From Podarcis liolepis (Eukaryota), in NCBI GenBank assembly GCA_965112155.1, contig OZ218099.1: a DNA stretch of 64,000 bases; one strand, given 5' to 3'. Position 1 is the stretch's first letter. Each line of letters opens with the position of its first letter. Positions 1 to 11,449 of this stretch are shown piece after piece. A model generated the notes under the pieces. That model saw only the letters and a list, made by a program, of their open reading frames with translations, searched no databases and was not told the DNA's origin. The position numbers and the translations under genes were made by a program.

Positions 1-3000
1 GCTCTGAGCAATCACTTCGAGGGAGACAACTTTTATTTTTGTTTAATTTGTGCTGCGTTTAGAAGATGGAACCATTTTTTTTTCCTGCAAAGAAAAAAGG
101 TTGTTTTTGTTTTTGTTGTGTTTTTTTTAAAAAAGGAAATAACCGCAATAGACTTTTGACACCGAGGAACCAAAGGAGGTTAGCGTGGGGGTGGAAAGGC
201 TATGGCCCCCCGACCCTTAGATGTACAGATGGACTAAGGACTATTTTAATACAAGGAAAACATTTTTGTGTGTGCGTGTGCGTGTGTTTGCGCGTTAATT
301 TTCTTGTTAACAGCAAAGTCAAACGCTTTGGATGCCACAAAATTCCCCAGAGAAGAACAATTGTTATTGTTTATTTTTTTTTCCTCGCTCTCTTTTTTGG
401 AAAGATGGCTCTCCAACTCTGGGAGGAATTTTTTTGCTCCTTTGAATTTGTTTTGTTTTATTTTCTTTGGTCATTTAAAAGATTTTTTAAAGGACAAATA
501 TGCAAAAGTGTTTGAATATTTTTTGTTGTTTTATAAGGAAAAAAAATGCTCTGAGAAAGCCCCACCTCGCAGCTGTTAGGAAAAAAAAAAATCAATGCAG
601 ACTTCTTCTTTTCTTCTTCCTTGGGGTGGGAGCGGGGAGGGAGTGGGGATTTTGCTTTGAAAGGATTATTTTATTATTTCAAGAGGGTAATTTTTTTTTT
701 TCTAAAAAAGACAAATTTACAAAAAAACAAAAAAGGAAACCTACAAAAAAAATCTACAAAAAAATGAAAACTACAAAAAAAAATATGAACTTTTGACGGC
801 AGCAAGAGGGGCTTGCGTAAAAACTTGTCAAGTTGGAGGGAGATGAAGTGGCTGGTGGCTTTTGATGAACGGACTATTTTGCGGGGGGCAAAAGTTCTGC
901 CCCAGCTGAGAAAGAGAGAGAGAGAGAAAAAGAAAGAAAGAAAGTTTGCTCCAGACCTCGATTTCTGCCCTCTACCCTGTCCGATGGGACCGATTCTTGC
1001 TGGATTGCTTTGGACTCTGTTTTGAGCTTCTGCGCAGACCCTTCTTTGCTTCCACACGGACTTCCCCCCTCGCCCGCCCTGCTCTGGATCAGGGGAACAA
1101 TAAACTGATTGAGGAACCTGCTGCCCCGTGATGTGTCGTCGCTTCCGGACTCTTGGACACTGAATGGACGCGTTGCCAGCAACAGTGCTTCGCCCTCCTG
1201 CCCTCTCCTGCCCCACCTCCCGACCCCCCCTTGGGACACACACACACACAGTGCCTTCTGCTGCCTGCGGTCCGGACTGTGCTGCCGTATGCCCCCCCTC
1301 CGACTCCTGCATGCCTGTCAAACCCAGGTGCACACAGCCTCTCTCTTTTCTTGGCAAACCAGTTGGGGGCGCAGAGGTCGATGCTTCCAGCTGGCGGGGG
1401 TGGGATTTGGGGGGGCGGGGGCAGGGAGGTCTGTTCCGGTTGCTTTAAAAAAACCACACACAAAACAGGGAGCATCTTGCACCTTGCAGGGGATGGCTGA
1501 GTTCCCCACCCCCACCTCGAAACGGATATCCTAGTTACTATGCACGTTTCCCTTCCTCACCCCACCCCACCCCCCAAAAAAAGCCCTTGGTTGCTGGCTC
1601 CCCAGATTCGCAATAGCAGGAGACTATGTGCAATAATCCAGCCCTTCCTACAGCGCGTTTCCCTGGAGAGCCTTTCAAAGGTACCAAGTGCTTTAGACCA
1701 CCTCTGCATGTTTTCTCTCCGTTTTCTCCCCCCCCAACCCCCCCCCCCGCTTTTTCCCAACCAGATGGTGCTAAAAGACTTATCCTCTCTTCCACCATAA
1801 AATCAGCCCAGCTGGCATGAAGCTGACCCTTTCCACCTTGTTTTTAGATGTTGCTTCCTGCTTCCCACCCCCCCTCCAGATGTGATCATGAGAAACCTTT
1901 TCCCCTCCTCCTTTCTTGATGCCCAACTCATACCTTTGACGAAATAGCTCTTATGCAGCTGACAATCAGGGAGGACTTAATTGCAGAGGCCATACGGGTG
2001 TCATGTGAGCCAGGGATTGAGAGCGTGGAAGTGTGTGTGTTTGTGTGTTTGTGTGTGTGTTTCTGTGTGTATGCACAGCACATGTAGGATGGCATTGGGA
2101 GAAGGTATCCCTGCAGAACTGGGCTTTTTCCCCTTTGTTTTTAATTTTGCATTTCTCAGGACATTTGTATTTTCTTTTCTTTTTAAAGGATTTGTACTTT
2201 GTCCTGACTGTTAAGTGGGATCAGGTTTTCCTCCCTAACAGGAGTGTTTGAGGTTTTTGGAAAGATAAGGGTTCAGTACACCCACCCGCCTTGCATAGCT
2301 CCTAAGTCATACGCTTCTTTGTTGTCTGTCCTCCTCAGCCACCCCCCCAAATTTGCACCCTTAATTGGTGGCAACGCAGGACTGAGGCACCCCATTTAAT
2401 ACCTCAGATATCGGCAAGGGAGAGGTCTCGTTATAAGCAAGCAGAATCGCTGCTTGTAACATCAGTCGATTCCCAGAATGCTGTTTTTGTGCCCCTTCCC
2501 CGGCCTGGAGCTTAGACTGAATCAAATTCAGCTGACAATTTACCCCAAGGTGCTGAGCTAAACTGAAGTGCCTTCATTTGGGCAGAGGGCCCCCGCACAC
2601 CTTCATCGCTGAAAGCTTTTCGGCAGGGGCTAAACTGACTTCTGCAGGGTGAGGCCTAACAGCCGACTGAGTAGGGGGAAGAGATTTAGGCCAAAATTAA
2701 TCAGCAAAAGGTGTCTTGTGTTTCTGTTGAACTTTGCCTGTCACAATATTCCACTCAAATGGCCAAAAGCGCACCGCACCATAGAGATATGGGTGCAGAA
2801 CAACTCCCCCCCTACGCACATCATCGTCCTGTTACCCAAGTGGCAGTTTCCAGGAAATGAGAGCTGGTTGTCTTATTTTTTCGCAACTCGGTCTTTACTT
2901 CATTTGGGTGCCAGCAGACCACAGCATTCAAAAACGTAGTTTCGGTGTAGCATATGACACACCCAACTTGTGCCAGCCACAGCAGTTCCTTAGATCAAGC

Positions 3001-3749
3001 TGTAAAAAGATTCGGGCTCAATTAATTGGTTTTCTAGTGTGCTCCAAATCTGGACAGCAACCCAAATAATACTTTTGGTCTGCACCAACATTTCCATTCT
3101 TGCACCAGATTTCCTGATATCCCACTCCCACCGCCCAAAATAAAATACATTACACAGCATCAGAAACCACTTTCCAAGTTTTCGCCTGAGTCCTCTATGC
3201 AATCCCTCTGGATCACACTGATCCATTAGGAAGTTTTGTTTGGATTGACACGGCTAGAAGCTTCACAGGAGCACTTCTGCCACTGCCATTAATTTTAATA
3301 CAGCTTGCACAGGATAATTTCCTTGTGGGTTCTGCTTGTCCAACAGGATCAGATGTGTTGGGATTTCAGGCAAATGGTAGTACGTAACTGCTTAGAGAAT
3401 CCCAGGTTTTGAAAGAAGAGAAAAAAGGAGCATGGAGATTTGTGAAAATTGAGCCTTCTCTTAGATTTACGTCTGATTTATTGCATACCAAGAATCAATT
3501 AAGTATGTGAGCATGAAATTATGTTCCCCTCCTATATTGGTTATTTTAATCACCGTTTTATATAAGGCTTTTGATAACAAAGTTTTAATGGATAAACTCG
3601 GATAAATTAGCAAAGCTTGAAAGACACTAGATATAGACATTCGATGCTGGTGGCCAAGGATGTGATTTATTCAACCCATGTAGGTAAGATGCACATGGCC
3701 ATGTAAAAGTCTTGATCCTCTTCCAAAGCATGTCCTTAGAACTAAATTC

Positions 3750-4062
3750 TAACAATGGTTCAATGCAAACATAATGTTCAAACATGGTTCGCATTAACCA
3801 TGGCTTGCTGCCACCTCTGATTAGTATTTCAGAATATACTGAAACCATGGTTAGCTTCTGTTAACCTGCCCCTGGAGGGCATGTATATAATAAGACACCA
3901 GCAAGATCTGCTTGCCATCTTGCAGGCCGAAGGATGGAGAAACTGTCTTAACCATGGTTTGCTCAGTGCAGAAGGAACATTTAACCATGGTTTAGGAAGT
4001 CAGATGTAAAGTAACACTTAAACCATGGTTAAGGAAAACAAACCCCACTCAAAACATGGTAT
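3750..4062. repeat. cluster of AACCATGGTT palindromes
   Basis: about eight exact or near copies (e.g. ~3843, ~3950, ~3983, ~4022) within ~310 bp. Confidence 0.7.
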
Positions 4063-7000
4063 CTGTATGGGACTCCCACTGTCCCCTTTTTCAGCTTAAT
4101 TCAGTTTCGATTATGACCCTGCTCTGGTTCCACCTCTGCAGTGCTAACAAAATATAAAACAAAGAAATAAACTCAGCCCAGCAAAAGTTAGTTGTAGCCA
4201 AAGGTTCAATCCTCTAGGTCCTATGAATTCAGTAAGTCAAGATGCATAAGATTCTGTTTAGGGAAATAAGGAATACAGCAAAGTCTGACAGCTCCATCAA
4301 GGGAGCTCCATGCATGGAAACAGCATTGTGAAGTGCGTAGGGATGCAGTTGCAGATATTAATCTAGATGTACATCTGGATGCAATATTTATCTGGGTCTT
4401 ACTGAACTGGCTGGATGTGTTCATTGTGCATAGGAATGCATATACACCTGAAACTGCCCAATTGCCATTTGTGACTAGTTATCTATAACAAGAGCTGGTT
4501 TGGAAGCAAGGAATTCCTGGTATCATGGATACAAATACTTCAGTGCTGGTTTCAGAGTGACTCTGCATCACCCTCCATGAAATAATTTCTCCTTTCAAAC
4601 CGGGGGCTGCAGACTTTAGCCTTCCTGGTGGGGTTGCTGTGCACACCACAGATTTCGTGGATTGCGAATCTTTTCAGGATTAAATTCCAGTTCAGAAAGG
4701 AGTGCATTTTGGAATGTTGTGGGAATGGTCTTTTCAATGTGTGTGCCTGTGTTTCATGGCTGGCATGCAGCTATATTATTAAATAAGTTTCATTTCCCAA
4801 AACTGAGGTTGACCTCCATCTCGGCAGTAGCTAACGTTGCAATGTTTTCCTAGGCTAGTTGCATTTTACTTCGGCGTTCCTTCATCTCTCTCACTGCCCT
4901 GAAAGACTTGGCTTTACTATAGGATCAGCATTTCACAGCGTATCTGTCTTATGCTAGGGACTCCAATCTATTTGCAGAAAGTCTCTCTGCATTTGTTCAA
5001 GAGGAGCTGCTGTGGGCAGCCAGCAGCACAAAACTAAACAGATGCCATACAGCAAACAGACCTGGCAACCCCCTACAAATCTCTTCCATCCAGCTCTGAG
5101 TGCAGGATTCTGCACGTACGAGCCATCCTAAGCCACTGCCCCAGTTTTCTGGATCGGGGAAAATTGCTTAGCTGTTGCCCATGCTTCCTTCTCATCCTTA
5201 AAAATAGTTGTTTGGCAGACTTGTTTCATTTGCTTTCTCCTCCGGTGTGTTTAAGAGCTCCCTGTATTCTAGCCTCCCCACTCCCCCCGGTCAGTCGCTC
5301 TCTCATTTAGACTAGGAGGCAGCTCTTGGTGGAAGTGGGGTGAGAGGAGGGAACACAAAAGAAGGGAAGAGTTTGAGTCCCATTTTGCATCAAGGCAGCC
5401 TTTGGGACTGGAGACATTATTTGTGTTTGTCGAAACCCAGCAGAGGAGGACAGGAGCAGCTTCGACCTAGGCGTTCCTGCCGATGTCCCTACCTCTTCTT
5501 TGCCACATTTTCCTTTTGTTTGCCAAAGATATAAACAAGGTCTCCTAGGGTTAACCTGGTGACACTCTGCGTTTTTTAAAAGAACAAAAATGGAGTGCGG
5601 TTTCTACCTGAGCCGAGTCTTAAGCCAGATGCAGCTGTCTATTAAGGCCCGGTCCCATGCAGAAAGGAAGCAAGGACTGGTTTAAGAACAGCAAGTAACA
5701 CAAGACGCGAGAGGGAGGCCGAGGGTAGGGGTAGCGAAGGCAAGGGAGAGATTGTGGCCAGGGCTGGGTGGGTAAGGAGAAAGGATAGGGTGTAAAGGGA
5801 AGAATTAGGGTATGCGTAAGGCTGGATGCTAATGCAGTGTGAGAGGAAGTAAGATTGCAGTGGGGGAAAGGTGGACGTGCACAGACATGAGAGATTGTGT
5901 GCTGCGGGCCCAGATAGAGACCCTACATTTCGCCACTGCAAAGCGTACCCATGGTCTTAAGCCCTGTTCTCACTCCCCACACCTTCCCTAAAGCACTTCC
6001 TAAGCTTTTCTTTTCCTGAGGGGGACACCTATGACAGACAAACGAGTCATGGCATTTGGGGCCCTTTGACCTCATCGTCCCAGGTCTGGAAGGAGGGTTA
6101 GCAGTTAGGAGAAACATCCGAGAATATCCTCCACGGGCTGCAGAGACCAGCCGTCGAATGGCACCGCTCATCCCCCCCCCAACCACGCCAGCTCCTAACT
6201 GCTAGGAAGGCTCCTGGCTGCTTTCGTGGAGCACCTTTGCTTTAAGCCCGATCTGTGGCTTTCTCATGAGCAAAGTCGTGGTCTGAGCTTTCCGCTCACA
6301 TCCTCATCGCTCCTTCCTACACTCTGGGAATCGACCGCTGCGCAAAAGCATGATTTGCAAGCGTGCATGTGTAGCATAGGGACCGAAGGCAAAAAAAAGC
6401 AAAAACCCTGGGCCCTAGGAGCATGGACCTCTGAGCTGCTAGATTTTTTTCTTTTAATCTTGTGCCTTGATTTCCCCTATCCCATTCTGCCAGTGGGGGG
6501 AACCAGTCCCTGCACTTTAAACTTCCAGTCTAGTAAAGGCCTCTCCCGACCTGCTCCTTCCCCACTTTGTGAATGAATGACCTTGCAGCCTTGTCCCACT
6601 CTAGGCCCAACAAGGCCTCTGTGCTCTTCTCTGGCCCAGCTTCCCTCTGCACAAACCAGCCCACCCCCCTTGTTGTCATCTCCTGCATCACGCTTGCCCC
6701 ACCCAGTCTTCCCACCATGCTGGAAGAGGAAGAGGAAGCAGCTGGCTGCCTCAAGAGACCTAGTAGAGTAGACTGGAGATGAGCCTCAAAACCTTTGTCT
6801 CTCCTAAATGCTGGTATCTTTTTTTATTAAAACAAAAACAAGCTCCACCATCCAAAACTCTTTGCCTGCCGATTCCATGCTTGCATCAAAACCCCGTCCT
6901 CCTTGGAAGTTGTTGGTGCTATTTGGGGGAGGAAAATAAAATAAACCCGGTTCAGAACGTCCCTTCATTTTTATGCACACCAGTTCCAGTTTTGTTTTTT

Positions 7001-9206
7001 TGTCATTCTTAGCTACACATCTACCTCACATGTACTTGCAGTTCATTTGTACATCCTGAACCGGGAAACTGCACCTTCTCCAGGGGGGGGCGAGTTCCCC
7101 CACCTCACCCTTAGAAAACCCTCTGGGCTCCTCTGCTTTGTTTCAAGGGGGGTGTGTGGAAGAGAAATGTTTGTCTTTTAAAAAAAAATTAATAACCCCT
7201 GTGTTGCTGCTAATTACTGGAGTTTTGTTAAGATGTACCACATTTTGCTTTAAAAAAAAATTCCTTTGTAAAGTGTGTTGACGCTGCGTTAGTTCGTTTC
7301 TTTGAACTTGAGCAGAAATCTTTGATCCGCAGGTAGGGCACAGTTTTGTGACCTCAGTGTGAGACCCCCAAGCATGGCAAGAATTCGTAAGTGATGAATG
7401 CTGCAGAGTTTCCACCTAGAAGTCCAGGAATGGCATAAGCCATTGTTGGTTTTCAAAACAGCCTTTTTATTTTTAAAAGGGCTCGCTGAAGCAAAACAGT
7501 GGATTTATTTGGACCCCCTAGGAGCAGTTGAACAGTCAAAAGACACAGCACAAGGGATCTTGCCTTTAAACCAGCCTGCCATGAACAGGCTTTCAGACTC
7601 CATACTCTGGGGCTCTAGCTAAATACTGAGTTTGCAGGAATTTGGTTTCCGTAAGAGAAAGGAAACCACTGGCCCCAGGTTATGCAGGTGGTGACTGCAA
7701 AACAACAAACTGAACTAGCAATGATCCCGTTAGCAAAAGATACTTGAGGGAATGAACTTTTTGCCTTGGGCTATGGCTTGCAGAATCAAAATGAGCAGAG
7801 GTCAACGAAATTTGGTGGGGTTAGAGTACTTTTGGTATTGCTGTGCTGTTAAGAATTTCTAGTACTGTCTCACTGGATAGGGAGCTGGATGTGTTTGTCT
7901 ATGATACAGGATGGCTGCTTTAAGCTGCCCAAAAGTGATTGCACAGCCAAGTAAGACACTTCTGAGCTAATGGCTGTCAAACAGCAGCTGTTGCTCTTTG
8001 GGGAGCCTCTTCTATCCAGAAGTGATGCTCTTGACAAATACCAATACCTCAGCTCAGAACACACACGTACTCAGCACCATCAAAGCAGACAGTGGGGTGG
8101 AGGCAACACCAAACATGCTAGCAAATAAAGCAGATAGTATTCCAAGCCAATTCTATTCCAGCAGGGCCCAGGGTTGCACTGTGGCCTCCTGCTTCCGTTT
8201 TTGCCATGTATTTCCTCTGTCAGAGGCAGTACCCCTAGAGCTGTTGGCGATTGTGAGTTGGGCAAAAGGAGAAAAGTCAACGTTTCGTCTTCCAGAAATC
8301 TCACTTTTTGTCTCTCTAGGAGCTAAAACAGTTTACGCTACTAACATTCTGAGTGGCAAAAAAAGAAGTGAGGGGCAGTAACAAGTGTTTCCTTGAAATA
8401 ATTTACTCGCTAGGATCGCACCAGAGTAACATTTTGTTTTTTAAAGAAAGGGTTTTCTTGATTGCAGAGCACTTGTTCTTCAGCTTCGCCTTCCCGTCTC
8501 TAAGAGGAAGCTCTGGCGGGGATTCCAGCTCTGCTTTGAGCTAACGCAAGGCCCAATCCACCCCATACCTTGGGACAAAGTTCATAGCTTGACGGCACTT
8601 TCCTCTGGAGCAATACGCCCTTGGTGGTTCAGATGGTTGCACTGATGCCTTGCCCTGTAGCAAATGGCCTTTAAAGCAGATAGCAATAGGCACCCACTCT
8701 TAAGAAATACCCATCTCATGCTGGTTCATGTCTACAGCAGGCTACAGGCTCGTGTGTTTTTTAACACCCAAGTTCGTCACCATAACATTGGAACATAACA
8801 GCTAAATTGTTGCTTTAAAAACACCACCACCACATGCTTGCCATGGATGCAAACGAGTCTCCTGTAAACATGCATTTGGCACTCTGAGCGATGCCTCTGC
8901 CCTGTTTCTGACTCAAGTCATTCAAAGCTCCCGGGAACTCTCCAAAGCAACTCTTCTGTGCTTCCATTTGCCACAGATACAGCGAGAGTTCTTGGCCCGC
9001 CCGCAACCCACAGTCTCAGTTCATTTTACCGGCTAGTTTTATTTATATACTTAGGACTATTTGTACAAGTTTTTTTTAATTGAGAAGTTTCTATAGTTTT
9101 GTATCTTCCATGCTACAGCCAGGCCTGTTTCTCTCTCTCAACCCCTGTACACCTTTCCCTCTGTGGAGCTCTGACTGGTCTCATTTTGAACAAATTTTTG
9201 TTTTTA

Positions 9207-9212
9207 AATAAA
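9207..9212 (+). terminator. candidate polyadenylation signal of the upstream + strand gene
   Basis: ttttgtttttaAATAAAaggtg preceded by U-rich/UGUA elements. Confidence 0.5.
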
Positions 9213-10102
9213 AGGTGAAAAAAAAACCGTGGCTTGACTGCTTCTTGGATAGTTACTTTTAGCTCGTCGTCATCATTAAGCAGTTTCAAGGAGATGCTGG
9301 TCATTCTCTCCCTATTAAAGCGATTTAAGACAAAATATGTGGTCATAATGATTTTCAAACTATGTTCCAGGAAACTCTTGAGGTTCTGTGGAAATTTCTT
9401 GGGGACAAGGTTAAGGATGGTGGACCAGTGTTGCTGGCAGACAACTTCACCAGCTCTACTGATCCTTTCACTAGTAGTGGGATTGCTACCAATGAAGAGT
9501 ACCCAATAAATTCAATCAGTCTTGTCCCTGGGGCAATATTTGCAATCATCAGATGTATTCTAGATATACTCTGAAATGTGTGGGGCATATTGGAGGGCCA
9601 GGTCTCCTGTGAACTTGCAATCTGCTCTAGAACACCTTGGCAATGTAGATAGCAAGATTCCCTGAAGTGGTGGAGCACTGGAAAGTCAAGAGTTTCAACA
9701 CAATCGAACTATCCTATTATGCACAAGAGGTTCAATGTTAAAGAACAGTAAAAAGGCTGCCCCCCCCTGAAATGTATGCTTGCTGCGAAGGCTGTTTCCC
9801 CCCAACTTGGAACTGAGGACTAATCCACAATCTAAGAAATGGTTGTGTGTGAAGTTTTGGTTTACCTAGAAGCTGATGTCTGCATCCAGCACAATATTCT
9901 GTAGCCCAGCCAGCTGTTAAAGGTCTTCATCTCAGCTTCTTAAGATTGCAAAAAAAAAGGGGTGGGGTGGGGCGGTGGAGCTACTTGAGAACTCTTTCTG
10001 CAAGCTACAAACAAAATTGCAATTGACTTTCCATACTGTGGTGGTTACTGAACTTTTTCTGTATGTTCATTTTACCATTTTCTATACACACTAATGGGAG
10101 TA

Positions 10103-10421
10103 CAGTGGTGCCCCGCAAGACGAATGCCTCGCAAGACGGAAAACTCGCTAGACGAAAGAGTTTTCCATTTTGGAGGTGCTTCGCAAAACGAATCTCCTAT
10201 GGGCTTGCTTCGCAAGGCGAAAATGTCTTGCGAGTTCCTGCGGGTCCCCCCCCCCCTTTTCTAAGCCACTAAGCCGCTTATCAGCTGATCCGATAAGATG
10301 ATAAGCCACTAAAAGCCGCTAATAGCGCTAATCCGTCAATGGGCTTGCTTCGCAAGACGAAAAAGCCGCTAGACGAAGAGACTTTCAGAACGGATTCTTT
10401 TTGTCTTGCGAGGCACCACTG
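10103..10421. mobile_element. Tc1/mariner-pogo type MITE, family A
   Basis: TA|cagtggtgccccgcaagacg ... tgtcttgcgaggcaccactg|TA; repeated gcaagacg subterminal motif. Confidence 0.88.
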
Positions 10422-10850
10422 TAGCAACTGCCTTACCATGGAGGTAGAGAGAGGCTCAGGCTATGGGACTTTGGGTGCCATTCAAACCCACAGAATTTAA
10501 GATTTCTGAAAACTACAAGATGTCTGCAAGATGTTGCTGGGATAGTTCACTGCATCCAAGCCTCATCAAAATGTCACTGCCCTAAAGCACCAAATTTCAA
10601 AAGCCTCCATGAAATGTTGCCTGCTATCATGATGGAAACATTTCTCTCCACCACAGCCGGAGAAGCCTGGCTGATCTTTTGGGTTTTTCCACCTCAGATG
10701 ACAAATTAAAAGTAGATAAGGCTGGGCTGGATTCCCGTTGTAGAGACTGGGCCTTCCTCCATGTAGGATCCACACAGCTCTAATTTAAGCTATACGTACA
10801 GGGTCCCTTTACCTTTTACACCCAAGGTGGAGATGGCGTCCTCTTTAAAA

Positions 10851-11003
10851 ATCACAGATCACAGAATTCTAGAGTTGGAAGAGACACTGATAATCATCCA
10901 GTCCAACCCCCTGCAATGCATGCAGGAATATGTAGCTGTCCTATATGGGGATCGAACCTGCAACCTTGGCATTGTCAGCATCATGCTCTAACCAACTGAG
11001 CTA
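10851..11003 (-). mobile_element. tRNA-Ile-derived SINE with CR1-like tail (Squam3-like)
   Basis: Reverse complement matches the 16144 copy: tagctcagttggttagagcatgatgctgacaatgccaaggttgcaggttcgatcccc...ttccaactctagaattctgtgat. Confidence 0.8.
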
Positions 11004-11449
11004 CCCAGGCGCACAAAACACAGCTGGCCTGTATAAACATAAACAACACCCAACTTGTAGACCAGGGATACCAATGCCATGAAACATTCAGTGACCTCAC
11101 CTGTATGGATCATGCAATTTGGAAGGAACTGGTCCCCCACTTGCCATCCTGCCTGAATTCTGCTGTATCACAATGAAATCATAGACTACAGATGCACCTG
11201 CCCAGTCTCTACTTCAACATTAAGAGAGTGTGGTGTTGTTGTTTTTAAAAAATGATGCATCTTCAAGCTTTCTGACACCCATTGCATAGGTCCACATCTT
11301 AACAGGGTGCTGAGGCAGGTTGCCAAAGAGCAGGAGGGGGAACAAGTCCATGTCTAGAGTGGTTAATGTTCAGCTTGTAGCAGAGCAACGCCCCTCCCCT
11401 CCCGCCCCGAGAAAAAGACAACATTCTCAAGCACATTCTTCTCTATCAA

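Larger units (their letters stand above)
1..9230 (+). other. long 3'UTR of a convergent + strand gene (RBMS2 expected from synteny with BAZ2A; identity inferred)
   Basis: No credible coding exons; A/U-rich and C-rich low-complexity blocks; almost no TEs; terminal ttgtacaagttttttttaattg...AATAAA (9207-9212). No coding sequence in the window confirms the identity. Confidence 0.5.

Noticed and set aside
66-1820. Several 100-227 aa ORFs on both strands
   Set aside because: They translate homopolymer/microsatellite tracts, show no domain similarity or splice logic, and fit UTR sequence
10103-10421. Reiterated gcaagacg motifs resembling a CRISPR-like repeat/spacer array
   Set aside because: Eukaryotic context, irregular spacing, bounded by TIRs and TA duplication, so it is a MITE
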